From assembly GCA_013359335.1 (NCBI GenBank), contig JABWBZ010000001.1, forward strand, positions 1 to 53,701: DNA of 53,701 bases. The letters run 5' to 3'. The notes under the pieces were generated by a model. The model saw only the letters and a program-made list of their open reading frames with translations, made no database searches and had not been told where the DNA came from. Source of the stretch: a bacterium. GTDB taxonomy: Bacteria; CLD3; SB21. Each line of letters starts with the position of its first letter. Within the stretch, counting starts at the first letter, position 1. The translations under genes and the position numbers were made by a program. Below are positions 26,099-38,716 of this stretch, in pieces.

Positions 26099-28571
26099 CG
26101 CGCGGTTTTTTGTCTTTTTTGACCTTGGATTTATTTTTGAAATTCAAATCATCATTTTCGTCGATAATTCTCTTTTTGGTTTTCGTCGAATCAAAAGTTT
26201 GTACCGTTGTATCAATCAAAGTTGAGTCATCAGGCATGGCCGTTGTAGAATCCGTGATAATCGCATGCGACGTACCGGCGTTGATTTTGATTTTGACAAA
26301 CTGGGTGTCGATCCATGTTAGCGCTGAATCTTTTGAAAGAGAAAACTTAGCGATGTAGGCTTCAATTTTGGGGCGGATAATCCTGGCGAATTCGGATTCT
26401 GGCCTGGCATACGCCAATGTACTGTACGTTCTGAAAGCGTTTTCCGGATCGTTCAGCTTTTGTTCATACAATAATCCCATGGCGTACAACGATGACCATT
26501 TCAAATTCGACGTGTCATGTTGCGCAACTTGTTTGTACAGCAAAACAGCCTTGTTAAAATCTTTTTCTTCAATAATCGACTTTTCAGCGCGACAAAACGT
26601 TTCATAAAAAGGGTTGGTATTGACGGTATCCAATTCCAAAATATGCCGTCCGACATTCGACATCCGTCCGTTGGGAAATTTCTGCAAAGCGAATTCAAAA
26701 TAATATTTCCAGTTCGGATTTTTTTGTTTTTGATGTACCCGCGCAATGCTATATAGAGCAACTTCTTCAGATGGTGTCCCTTGGAAATGCTCGCCGACCC
26801 ATTGATAATAAAACAACGCCGAATCAAGCCGCGTATCTTCATAATAAAAATAATCGGCCAAAGCGAGATAGCCGTAGGCAATGCGATCGAATACCAACTG
26901 TTTCTTCGACTGAAGGCTATCTGATTCGGACATTTGATTGATTTGAAGCATTTCAGTGTGCACGGCCGTGAGTTTGTCCTGCAGCTCTTTGTTTTCCAAT
27001 TTAATCGCTTCGGTTTCTTTCTCAGTTTCCTGTTGTGACAACACCGCTTCATTGGTCTTTTTTAAAAAACCGGATTTAAGAAGACTGTCCTCAAGTACGA
27101 GCAGTTGTAAGGCCGTACTGTCGATATCAAGAATGGCCAGCCAATTCGAAGTCGAATCTTTTTTCAGAATGCTGTCCCGCATTGAAAATACGGAATCCAG
27201 GGCCGTAAGCGTATCCTTCATGAAAAAATTCTCAGTCAGATTTGCCGTATTCACCGCCCGATAAGTTTTAACATTTTTTTTAACATTGTTTTCCGAATCT
27301 TCAAGCTCATCCTGCACGGTATCCTGAATAGCCGGTTCATTGATTTTCGAAATATCTGCCGACGGATTATCGATTTTGATCAGTATTTTTTTATATAAAT
27401 TTTCATCCGCGGTAATGAAGCCTTTAAATGTTTCCATTCTCGATAAATATTGATAACGAGCCATGGCGGCATCTTTGTAAAGAGACTGCGGATATTTGGT
27501 ATAAACAAGATAATAATATTTTTTGGCCTGATCGGGATTGGGAGTAAAGCCGTCGCTTCGCTTTTTGGGCTCCTGATCGTTCATGAGCGCCATGTAATAA
27601 TAGGCATTGCCGGTAACGATATTATTTTTATACGTGTCGATGACATACTGAAATTGCTCCGAGGCTTCGGTGTAGTTGCCCTTCAGGCGTAAAATATCGG
27701 CGATTTCGAATTCAGCACGGATGAAAAAATTTTTGTAGCGCAAATTGGAAATGATTTTATCCAAAAGCCGGATGGCCGGGTCATGCTGGCCGGCCAATTT
27801 CATAGCCCGCGCTGTCATCAACGTAACATCAAAGCGTTCGGCCACTTCCAGTTCCATTTTGCCGAGCTTGCGAAAATATTCCAAGGCTTCATCGAATTTT
27901 TGAAGTTGGAAAAAAGCAAACCCTGATTTAAAATAAGCGTTTTTTTTCAGGATGGAAGAAGATGCTACTGCGGACGCACGAACGTAATATTGCGTGGACT
28001 CTTCAAACTGTCCGTCCAAAAATTGAATATCCCCAAGCAGCATCAATGCCGGGCATTGAAAATCACGGCTGCTTTTCGTTTCAGTAAGATCGCGCAATAC
28101 CTGTTCCGCCTCGTCATACATTTGCAATTTGACCAGCGTTTTGGCATACCAAAATTTAGCCTCCGGCATATCCTTGCCCGGCGCATCTTGCGCGAGATAC
28201 ACTTCGAAACGGTTTTTCGCGTCGTAATAATCGTTTTGAGTTCCGCGATAGTAATGCGCCTTGCCCATCAGTAAAATTGCGTTTTCGACCCATCCGCTCT
28301 CCGGATGCAGCGCGACAACTTTATTGGCCTTTTCAATGGCGGCGTCGAAAAATTGTAAAGCATCATTGGGAATGGTTTCAGGATCGGGATCGAAGCGGTG
28401 TATGGTCATGTCATCAGAGGCCGCCGGTTGATTGCGGGTTTGTTCTTTTCTGGATTGGATCGCATGGATGCCGTTGTTGTAAGCTTTACGCGCATTGAAA
28501 TAGGTGTTGAAAAAAGCGCAGCCGGAGACGCCGATCAATAATCCGAATAAAATAAATCGTTTCATATTCAC
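26049..28571 (-). CDS. Large TPR-repeat lipoprotein
   Basis: 840-aa ORF with signal and lipobox (GVSGC). It has multiple TPR-like A/Y/F-rich helical repeats at both ends, a central coiled/low-complexity region and a Lys/Glu-rich tail. Confidence 0.6.
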   Translation of the reverse strand: MNMKRFILFGLLIGVSGCAFFNTYFNARKAYNNGIHAIQSRKEQTRNQPAASDDMTIHRFDPDPETIPNDALQFFDAAIEKANKVVALHPESGWVENAILLMGKAHYYRGTQNDYYDAKNRFEVYLAQDAPGKDMPEAKFWYAKTLVKLQMYDEAEQVLRDLTETKSSRDFQCPALMLLGDIQFLDGQFEESTQYYVRASAVASSSILKKNAYFKSGFAFFQLQKFDEALEYFRKLGKMELEVAERFDVTLMTARAMKLAGQHDPAIRLLDKIISNLRYKNFFIRAEFEIADILRLKGNYTEASEQFQYVIDTYKNNIVTGNAYYYMALMNDQEPKKRSDGFTPNPDQAKKYYYLVYTKYPQSLYKDAAMARYQYLSRMETFKGFITADENLYKKILIKIDNPSADISKINEPAIQDTVQDELEDSENNVKKNVKTYRAVNTANLTENFFMKDTLTALDSVFSMRDSILKKDSTSNWLAILDIDSTALQLLVLEDSLLKSGFLKKTNEAVLSQQETEKETEAIKLENKELQDKLTAVHTEMLQINQMSESDSLQSKKQLVFDRIAYGYLALADYFYYEDTRLDSALFYYQWVGEHFQGTPSEEVALYSIARVHQKQKNPNWKYYFEFALQKFPNGRMSNVGRHILELDTVNTNPFYETFCRAEKSIIEEKDFNKAVLLYKQVAQHDTSNLKWSSLYAMGLLYEQKLNDPENAFRTYSTLAYARPESEFARIIRPKIEAYIAKFSLSKDSALTWIDTQFVKIKINAGTSHAIITDSTTAMPDDSTLIDTTVQTFDSTKTKKRIIDENDDLNFKNKSKVKKDKKPRDEIKKGKEKEIDKIEE

Positions 28572-29339
28572 TTACAGTTTAATTCGCAGACCATCGAACG
28601 CCAACTGCACATTCTCAGACAAAGATTGTGAGATTTCCTGATGTTCGAGGTCATGAGAAATATGAGTAAAATAGGTTTGAGCCGGGTGTAATTTGTCGAC
28701 AACGTCCAGCGCTTGCTCGAGATTGTAATGAGTCGGATGGGGACGGCGGCGCAGGCAGTCGAGAACTAAAATTTCTGCGTTCTGAAAAAGCGCCAAAGAT
28801 TTTTCAGGAATTCCGCTGCAATCGGTTGCATAAATAAAATCGCCGATCCTGTAGGCGTAAATCGGCAGCCTGCCGTGCATGATTTCAATGGGAACAATAA
28901 CCGATCCGAAAAGTTCGAATGGTTTATCAACGTTGATCAAATCGAGCATAGGTATGCCGCCGGGAATTTCGGGATAATCGAAAATATATGAAAACGTATG
29001 CCGCAGCATTTTGATGGTCGTCGGGCCGGCAAAACACGGAATACGTTGATTCTGAATTTTATTAAAAACGCGGATTTCGTCCAATCCGAAAATATGATCG
29101 ACATGATGATGCGTAAATAAAATGGCGTCGATGCGGTTAATATTATACGCCAGGCATTGCTGGCGAAAATCAATAGACGTATCGATCAGAATATTCTTGC
29201 CGTTGATTGTGATCAGAACTGAAGTGCGCAAACGTTTATTTTTTGGATCGGTGGATTGGCAAGTCGAACATTGGCAGCTTATAACGGGCACGCCGTGAGA
29301 AGTGCCGGTCCCTAAAAAAAGTATTTCCATTCCCCTCAT
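28572..29339 (-). CDS. MBL-fold metallo-hydrolase (PhnP/GPMBL-like)
   Basis: 255-aa ORF with LGTGTSHGVP, a Cys-rich insert (CQCSTCQS) and the metal motif THHHVDH. Confidence 0.8.
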   Translation of the reverse strand: MRGMEILFLGTGTSHGVPVISCQCSTCQSTDPKNKRLRTSVLITINGKNILIDTSIDFRQQCLAYNINRIDAILFTHHHVDHIFGLDEIRVFNKIQNQRIPCFAGPTTIKMLRHTFSYIFDYPEIPGGIPMLDLINVDKPFELFGSVIVPIEIMHGRLPIYAYRIGDFIYATDCSGIPEKSLALFQNAEILVLDCLRRRPHPTHYNLEQALDVVDKLHPAQTYFTHISHDLEHQEISQSLSENVQLAFDGLRIKL

Positions 29340-29368
29340 TGATTGGTGTATCGGTTAAAATAAAAAAA

Positions 29369-31681
29369 TTAACGTCCGGGTGAAAAACTATCGACACGCG
29401 CCGCACTGATTACGCCTTGAACCTTCCGGATCTTTCCAAGTATTAAATTCAGATGGCCGATATTGCGAACCTGAATCACAAAACTGTGAACGCTTTCGTT
29501 GCCGGAAGTTTTGACTTCCGCGCTGACGATATTGGTGTCGGTGGATGAAATTTTTTCCGTAATATCGTTGAGAAAATGTTTACGGTCATAACCGATGATG
29601 CGGATCTGAACGAGAAAATTTTTCGATTCATCCACTTGCCATCGCGCTTGCAAGGCACGATCCGGCTCTTTTTTAACGGCATCGACAATGTTGTGGCAGT
29701 CGTGACGATGGATGTTAATGCCTTTGCCTTTGGTCACGTACCCTAAAATTTCGTCGCCGGGAATGGGATTACAACATTTAGCAAAATGAATCATCATGTT
29801 GTCCATGCCGTTGATCGTGATCGTTTTGCCTTCGCTGGTGCGGGAACGCGTGATAAGCCGTTTGAAAAAGGATTGATCCTGCAACGGTTTTTTTGGTGCA
29901 ATCTTGGACAGAATTTTTTGAGCGACGCTTTGTGCGGAGACATTGCCGCGACCGATCGACGACAACAGCATCTCGCCCGTTTCGAAATGCATTTCAGTAG
30001 CTACAGATTGCAGTTCGGAAGCAAATTCAGTCAGCGTTTTTCTGGGCTGTACGGCTTTGATTTCCTGTTCCAATAAATAGCGTCCGAGAGAGATACTTTG
30101 TTCGAGTTCGATGTTACGGAAATAGCGTTTGATGTAATTTTTCGCCTTGGCCGTTTTGACAATTTCGAGCCAATGAATGCTAGGCGTTTGCTGTTCCGAC
30201 GTGATGACTTCCACGAGATCGCCGCTGGCCAATTCGCTGTGCAGCGGTACCAATTTTCCGTTGACTTTTCCGCCGATGCAATGCAAGCCGACTTCGGAGT
30301 GAACGGCAAAAGCGAAATCGAGCGGCGTTGCGCCTTTTGGAAGCGTCATCAAATCGCCCCGCGGCGTGAAGACAAAAACTTCATCCTGGAACAGGTCGAT
30401 CTTGAGATCTTCAAGAAATTCGTTCGGGTCGTTGATTTCTTTCTGGCGGTCGATGAGTTGGCGGATCCATCCGATCTGGCGATCGATCTGGTTCATCTGC
30501 AATTTGCCTTCTTTGTACAACCAGTGAGCGGCGATACCTTCTTCGGCAATTTGATGCATTTCCCGCGTGCGAATTTGAATTTCTACCATACGTCCGTCCG
30601 GGCCGATGACCGTAGTGTGAATAGATTGATAACCGTTAATTTTCGGAACGGCAATATAATCTTTGAAACGTTCGGTCACAGGCGTGTACGTGCTGTGAAC
30701 GACGCCGAGGGCTTTGTAACAATCGACTTTTTCATTAACCAGAATGCGAATAGCAAGCAGGTCGTAGATTTCATGAAACGGTTTATTCCGTTTCTTCATT
30801 TTGTTATAAATGCTGAAAAAATGTTTCGGGCGGCCGATGATTTCCGCAGGGATATCGTTTTCTTTCATTTTTTCGTCGAGCGGACGGGAAACATTGTGAA
30901 TATACGTTTCACGTTCTTCGCGCTTTTCGGAAATCAGGCGTGACAATTCCCAATACGCATCGGCATCGAGCGACTTCAATACAAGGTCTTCGAGTTCCCA
31001 CCGAATTCTAGCCATACCGAGGCGATGAGCGAGCGGCGCGTACACGTCGCGTGTTTCAATGGCAATTCGTTCCTTTTTCTTGGGGGGCAGGGCGTCGATA
31101 GTCCGCATATTGTGCAGGCGGTCGGCAAATTTGATAATAATCACGCGAATATCTTTGACAAGCGACAGAAGCATTTTGCGGTAATTTTCCGCCTGTTTGA
31201 TTTCGATACTCGTGAATTCAAATCCGCTGATTTTGGTCACGCCGTCCACCAGATGCGCAACGTCTTCGCCGAATTTATTTTTGATGTCGTCGTAAGTGCG
31301 GCCAGTATCCTCGATCACGTCGTGTAAAAACGCGGCTTCGAGCGTTGTGATGTCCATTTTTTGATCGATGAGTATGCTGACGACTTCGATAATGTGATCG
31401 AAATAGGGAAGTCCGGATTTCCGAAATTGGCCGTCGTGCGCTTTGTAGCTGTATTCGTAAGCTTCTCTCAAATGCGACGCATCGGAATTGCGATTGTAGG
31501 CGGAGAAATTTTCGAGAAGGCTGTTAAAACGTTGATCGTAATAATTTTTGTCACGATCAATCGGTTCTGTCGGAAGAATTTCCTGAACTTGTTCGGACGC
31601 CGGCGATAGCGCAGTCGTATGGCTTGCTTTTTTTTCAGCATTGCCCGAACGCAATTTGACTATGTCATTGACAGGACCCAT
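29369..31681 (-). CDS. rel: Bifunctional (p)ppGpp synthetase/hydrolase (RelA/SpoT homologue)
   Basis: 770-aa ORF with the HD domain (HDVIEDT), a RelA_SpoT synthetase region (YQSIHTTV, EIQIRT), a TGS domain (VFTPRGD) and a C-terminal ACT domain. Confidence 0.93.
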   Translation of the reverse strand: MGPVNDIVKLRSGNAEKKASHTTALSPASEQVQEILPTEPIDRDKNYYDQRFNSLLENFSAYNRNSDASHLREAYEYSYKAHDGQFRKSGLPYFDHIIEVVSILIDQKMDITTLEAAFLHDVIEDTGRTYDDIKNKFGEDVAHLVDGVTKISGFEFTSIEIKQAENYRKMLLSLVKDIRVIIIKFADRLHNMRTIDALPPKKKERIAIETRDVYAPLAHRLGMARIRWELEDLVLKSLDADAYWELSRLISEKREERETYIHNVSRPLDEKMKENDIPAEIIGRPKHFFSIYNKMKKRNKPFHEIYDLLAIRILVNEKVDCYKALGVVHSTYTPVTERFKDYIAVPKINGYQSIHTTVIGPDGRMVEIQIRTREMHQIAEEGIAAHWLYKEGKLQMNQIDRQIGWIRQLIDRQKEINDPNEFLEDLKIDLFQDEVFVFTPRGDLMTLPKGATPLDFAFAVHSEVGLHCIGGKVNGKLVPLHSELASGDLVEVITSEQQTPSIHWLEIVKTAKAKNYIKRYFRNIELEQSISLGRYLLEQEIKAVQPRKTLTEFASELQSVATEMHFETGEMLLSSIGRGNVSAQSVAQKILSKIAPKKPLQDQSFFKRLITRSRTSEGKTITINGMDNMMIHFAKCCNPIPGDEILGYVTKGKGINIHRHDCHNIVDAVKKEPDRALQARWQVDESKNFLVQIRIIGYDRKHFLNDITEKISSTDTNIVSAEVKTSGNESVHSFVIQVRNIGHLNLILGKIRKVQGVISAARVDSFSPGR

Positions 31682-31892
31682 TACACAATGACCGTTTTTT
31701 AAGTGAACGTTCCAAAAAGCCGAGAAATTTCACTTATTTCCCGATAATTTTTTAAGAACGTCCGGATAAAACATTAATTTAAGATAGGTATTTAGTAAAG
31801 TTTTCACAAGAAATTTGTTTGAGAATTTTATGGGGGTAATTAATTTATGCGGGTAATTAAATTATGTGTTTTGGCAGGAGGTTAGTGTAAAC

Positions 31893-31926
31893 AAAAAAAT
31901 CCCGCTCAGAGTAACTGAACGGGATT
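31893..31926 (-). terminator. Rho-independent terminator after groEL
   Basis: On the minus strand, AAAATCCCGTTCAG-ttact-CTGAGCGGGATTTTTTT. It is preceded by a second hairpin, TCTCAATC-ttttttt-GATTGAGA, at 31940-31962. Confidence 0.75.
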
Positions 31927-31989
31927 TTATATAAATATGTCTCAATCTTTTTTTGATTGAGAACCGAGGAACGAAGTGTTCCCGGGCGA

Positions 31990-33639
<1,650 letters not shown>

Positions 33640-33695
33640 GATGATATTTCTCCTGTTTTTTTAGATTAATTTCGCTATTTTCGTCAAATTTTTTA

Positions 33696-33968
33696 TCAGC
33701 CTTGAATGGCAAGAATATCCGATTCGTGCATGATCAAATATTTCTTATTGTCATACGATACTTCCGTGCCGGAATATTTGCCATATAATACCATGTCGCC
33801 GGCTTTGACGGTCAGAGGTTCGTCTTTTTTGCCGGGGCCCGCGGCGATCACTTTACCGACTTGGGGTTTTTCTTTGGCTGTATCGGGAATGATCAGACCG
33901 CTCGCTGTTTTTTCTTCAGCCTCCATGGGTTCAACGATCACTCTGTCCGCTAAAGGTTTTAGTTTCAT
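33696..33968 (-). CDS. groS: Co-chaperonin GroES
   Basis: [14 protein letters not shown]...[15 protein letters not shown] prefer the ATG at 33968, which lies 8 nt after AGGAGG, over the GTG at 33974, which lies 2 nt after it. Confidence 0.95.
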   Translation of the reverse strand: MKLKPLADRVIVEPMEAEEKTASGLIIPDTAKEKPQVGKVIAAGPGKKDEPLTVKAGDMVLYGKYSGTEVSYDNKKYLIMHESDILAIQG

Positions 33969-34145
33969 GTTCACGTCCTCCTGATTGTTTTTTGAACGAT
34001 GGTTATTATGTGAAGTAAGTTTTTAGAGTATTTTAAGTAAAAAAGATATTAACCCACATGCGCATGAGCAATCTGTACACCAATTTTTCTTTAGTTTATA
34101 AAATTATGAATATTATTGTTTTAATCATTACAATTGAATTTAAAT

Positions 34146-34172
34146 TTAGCACTCAATTCAATTGAGTGCTAA
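34146..34172. promoter_or_regulatory. CIRCE element (HrcA operator) upstream of groES-groEL
   Basis: It matches the consensus TTAGCACTC-N9-GAGTGCTAA exactly (TTAGCACTC aattcaatt GAGTGCTAA). It lies about 180 nt upstream of the groES start. Confidence 0.9.
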
Positions 34173-34251
34173 AATGTCATTAAAAAACATGGCTAATTGT
34201 CATGCAGCATGACAAAAAAACAAAATACTTGAAAAAAAATTCAAATTAATT

Positions 34252-35202
34252 ATGCTAAAAAACGATTATTTCAAAGGCGTATTTTTTATTTGTTTGGCCG
34301 CATTATTTTGGAGCAGTGCAGGACTGGTGATCAAATGGGTACAATTACCATCATTGCAAATTGCATTGTTTCGGTCGCTGATTGCCGGAATTTTTTTGGG
34401 AGGTTACATTTTTTTCCAGATTCGGTTTAAGAAAATTCCTTTTAAAATGTATTTCAACAAATGGGCTTTGATCACGGCGATCTGTTATACCTTTACGGTT
34501 TCTTTATTCGTGATGGCCAATAAACTGACGACTTCGGCCAACGCGGTTTTTTTGCAATACACGTCTCCGGTCACGGTAATTTTGGTTTCTTATTTTGTTC
34601 TGAAGGAACGGATTTATATTCTCGAAATTATCACCGTTGCGGTGTGTCTTGCAGGCATGGCGCTTTTTTTTGCGGATGAAGAAAAATCGACTGCGCTGGT
34701 CGGTAATATCATCGGGATGCTGTCCGGAGTGGCTTTCGCGCTGCTTCAGATATCGGTCAAACGTTCGGAGGAACACGCGCAAGCCGGAAATGCCGCGATC
34801 GATCAAAGAGTCAGTGATCTGCGCGGCGTGTATCATCTTATGCTAGGTAATGCGATGACCGTGATAGTTTTGATGACGGTCATTACTACGCTGATGCAAG
34901 CCGATGCAGAAGGGCCGTTGACGGCCCTTGCCGGTAACGAATTTACCTTGACGTCAAGCGACATGCTCGGATTACTGTTCCTTGGCGTCGTTCAACTCGG
35001 GTGCGGTTATCTTTGTTTTGCCAAAGGCGTTCACTACATCTCGAATGTTGAAATTGCGATTTATACGCTTCTGGAGCCGATTTGCAATCCGATCTGGACA
35101 TTTTTGGGAACCGGCGAGATCCCGGGATTTTGGACGGTTATCGGCGGGATGTTAGTACTCGGCGCTATGGTTATCAACTCTGTTTTTGGCAGAAAACGAT
35201 GA
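34252..35202 (+). CDS. EamA/DMT-family transporter
   Basis: 316-aa ORF with about 10 TM segments arranged as two EamA-like halves (LAALFWSSAGLVIKW...). Confidence 0.7.
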   Translation: MLKNDYFKGVFFICLAALFWSSAGLVIKWVQLPSLQIALFRSLIAGIFLGGYIFFQIRFKKIPFKMYFNKWALITAICYTFTVSLFVMANKLTTSANAVFLQYTSPVTVILVSYFVLKERIYILEIITVAVCLAGMALFFADEEKSTALVGNIIGMLSGVAFALLQISVKRSEEHAQAGNAAIDQRVSDLRGVYHLMLGNAMTVIVLMTVITTLMQADAEGPLTALAGNEFTLTSSDMLGLLFLGVVQLGCGYLCFAKGVHYISNVEIAIYTLLEPICNPIWTFLGTGEIPGFWTVIGGMLVLGAMVINSVFGRKR

Positions 35203-35702
35203 AAGAGAAGATTTATCTCTGCGGCTTTATGGGCAGCGGCAAAACTACGGTTGGGAAGATTCTATCGGAAAAAATGAGCCGAACGTTCATCGATACCGAT
35301 ACGACCGTTGAATTGGAATCCGGTATGAGCGTTGCCGAAATCTTTAAAACGCGAGGGGAAGACGAATTTCGCCGCATGGAATCGGAAGTCATCCGGCGTT
35401 TATCCGAACGAAACGAATCCTGTATTATTGCGCTTGGCGGAGGAAGTTTGATTAGTCTGTCCAATCGCAAGCTCGTCCGATCTTCCGGCTATTTGATTTA
35501 TTTAAAAACTGAACTTTCACGCCTGATGCTGCGTTTAAGCGGTCACCGCGATCGGCCGCTGTTACAAACCGTAAAAGTTGATACGTTATTTCGCCTGCGG
35601 GAACCGGGTTATCTCGAGGCGAATTGGATATGCGACTGCGAGGACTTTGACGCTGAGGCCATTGCAGATTTAATCCTGAAAAAATGTCAAAAAAAAATCT
35701 GA
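35199..35702 (+). CDS. aroK: Shikimate kinase
   Basis: MKEKIYLCGFMGSGKTTVGKIL (Walker A), DTD, GEDEFRRME and ALGGG. The start ATG at 35199 overlaps the upstream TGA. The longer ORF-track version (35082) lies in the transporter gene. Confidence 0.85.
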   Translation: MKEKIYLCGFMGSGKTTVGKILSEKMSRTFIDTDTTVELESGMSVAEIFKTRGEDEFRRMESEVIRRLSERNESCIIALGGGSLISLSNRKLVRSSGYLIYLKTELSRLMLRLSGHRDRPLLQTVKVDTLFRLREPGYLEANWICDCEDFDAEAIADLILKKCQKKI

Positions 35703-35760
35703 AAAAAATAGTTCGGCTGCATCGGTTTTTTGTAAATATTATTCGGCTGAATGAAATGCT

Positions 35761-35784
35761 AAAACCGTCATTACGGACGGTTTT
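35761..35784 (+). terminator. Hairpin downstream of aroK, a terminator candidate
   Basis: AAAACCGTC-attacg-GACGGTTTT, with the 3' arm ending in a T run. Confidence 0.45.
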
Positions 35785-35858
35785 GACTCAAGGGGCAACT
35801 TCTTTGGGATGAATATACCAGAGATTTTAAATTCTTTTTATGAGCGGTTAATTATCAC

Positions 35859-35887
35859 TTGACAAAGCATGTTTAATTTAGTATCAT
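35859..35887 (+). promoter_or_regulatory. Consensus-like sigma70 promoter
   Basis: TTGACA (35859-35864), a 17-nt spacer, then TATCAT (35882-35887). It lies about 135 nt upstream of the small acidic ORF. Confidence 0.5.
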
Positions 35888-36021
35888 TGCACGATTTTAA
35901 TATCGGAGTGCCCGTAAACCCTTGTCAAATATGGGGATTATAAGAATTTTTTGACAAACAATCTTCGATAGGCAACAGAGTAATCAATTAAAATTGTTAA
36001 TATACAATAAAGGAGCAGTAT

Positions 36022-36264
36022 ATGGCGAGATTGACCGCATCGGAATGGGTGGCCAGAGAGAATAATTGTTCGGAATCTGAAGCCGAAAACATGCTGGAAG
36101 ACGATCCGGATTTGGAATATGAATACTATCTGCGGTATTGCCTTCAGGAATTGAATTTATCGCCGGATGAAATTATCCGCGGGTTCGGAGCCGATATGAC
36201 GGAAGCCCAGGAACGGTTCATTGAAGATTTCAAAGGCGAAGATGAATTGGAATTAGAACAATAA
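36022..36264 (+). CDS. Small, very acidic hypothetical protein (80 aa)
   Basis: AAAGGAG lies 7 nt before the ATG, and the gene has its own terminator at 36293-36328. I recognise no family. Confidence 0.55.
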   Translation: MARLTASEWVARENNCSESEAENMLEDDPDLEYEYYLRYCLQELNLSPDEIIRGFGADMTEAQERFIEDFKGEDELELEQ

Positions 36265-36292
36265 CGCAACGGATTCTATATTTTCTTTAAAG

Positions 36293-36328
36293 AGCTGATG
36301 GATTTTTTCGATCAGCTTTTTTATTTTT
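36293..36328 (+). terminator. Rho-independent terminator
   Basis: AGCTGAT, an 11-nt loop, then ATCAGCT followed by TTTTTTATTTTT. Confidence 0.7.
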
Positions 36329-36353
36329 CCACGCATGAAAGGGGATTAATTTC

Positions 36354-36382
36354 TTGATTTGAAAAAGCCAAAACCTTACATT
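36354..36382 (+). promoter_or_regulatory. Putative sigma70-type promoter of the polyprenyl synthase-enolase-ftsB gene run
   Basis: TTGATT (36354-36359), a 17-nt spacer, then TACATT (36377-36382). Confidence 0.45.
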
Positions 36383-36434
36383 GCCGCAGCGCCTCATTGA
36401 GGATTTCAAAGCAAAAAAATACGGAACCGGTTTA

Positions 36435-37409
36435 ATGACGATTAAGGAAATATTTGAACCGATCGAAGACGAAATAGAAGTATTCAAAAAAAAATTTAAA
36501 GAACGTCTCACATCCAATATAAAAATCGTCGACACGATCGCGCGGTACGTCGTATCCTCGCGCGGGAAAAATCTCCGGCCGATGCTGGTGCTCATGTGCA
36601 GTAAAATGTGCGGAGGAAAATTGGATGAAAAATCTTATCGCGCGGCGATCACGATCGAGTTAGTTCATACGGCCACGCTCGTGCACGACGACGTCGTCGA
36701 CGGGTCCGACATGCGGCGCGGTTTGCCGTCGATCAATGCGATTTGGAAAAATAAAATGGCCGTGCTCATGGGCGATTACTTATTGGCCAATGCGCTGATC
36801 AGTATCGTCGACATCAAAAGTTTCGACGCCATGATGCTGTTGTCCGAGGCCACCAAACGCGCCAGCCAGGGAGAGTTACTCCAGATCGACAAAAGCCGGA
36901 AATTGGATATTGACGAGACGACGTATTTGCAGATTATCAACGATAAAACAGGCGCGCTGATTTCGGCGGCTTGTGAGTTGGGAGCGATTACGACAACCGA
37001 TGCAGGCGCGGATCGGGAAGCTTTGAGAAAATTCGGCGATGATATCGGCATTGCATTCCAGATCAAAGATGATTTATTCGATTTTGAGGGTGAACAGTCG
37101 ATCATCGGGAAAACCAAAGGCCGCGATCTCAAAGAACAAAAAATCACAATGCCATTGATCTATGCATTGAAACAAGCGAAGCCGGAAGAATCCAAACGTA
37201 TTTTGAAAAAAATTAAAAAAAGCGTCAGCCGTTCGGACGTCAACGATATTCTGTCGTTTACTCAACATTACGGCGGACTGGATTACGCCAAAAAAAGATT
37301 GCAAGAATATTCGGACCAGGCCGTCGCCAGCTTGAATCATTTTAACGATTCGCCGGCGAAAGAAGGCTTGAAGAAATTCATTCAATACAACATGGAACGA
37401 ACGAAATAA
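36435..37409 (+). CDS. Long-chain trans-polyprenyl diphosphate synthase (IspB / hepta-octaprenyl type)
   Basis: The first Asp-rich motif is LVHDDVVD and the second is FQIKDDLFD. I place the start at the ATG at 36435 because the ORF-track TTG (36381) overlaps the predicted -10 box. Confidence 0.8.
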   Translation: MTIKEIFEPIEDEIEVFKKKFKERLTSNIKIVDTIARYVVSSRGKNLRPMLVLMCSKMCGGKLDEKSYRAAITIELVHTATLVHDDVVDGSDMRRGLPSINAIWKNKMAVLMGDYLLANALISIVDIKSFDAMMLLSEATKRASQGELLQIDKSRKLDIDETTYLQIINDKTGALISAACELGAITTTDAGADREALRKFGDDIGIAFQIKDDLFDFEGEQSIIGKTKGRDLKEQKITMPLIYALKQAKPEESKRILKKIKKSVSRSDVNDILSFTQHYGGLDYAKKRLQEYSDQAVASLNHFNDSPAKEGLKKFIQYNMERTK

Positions 37410-38705
<1,296 letters not shown>

Positions 38706-38716
38706 AGGAAAACGTC

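Noticed and set aside
30098-30943. A 281-aa plus-strand ORF inside the rel gene
   Set aside because: It is antisense to an unmistakable RelA/SpoT coding sequence. Its F/R/D-rich translation has no recognisable motifs, so it is a shadow ORF.
36381-36434. The upstream TTG start given for the polyprenyl synthase ORF
   Set aside because: That TTG overlaps the predicted -10 box. The added 18 residues are not family-like. The ATG at 36435 (MTIKEIFEPI) fits typical IspB N-termini.
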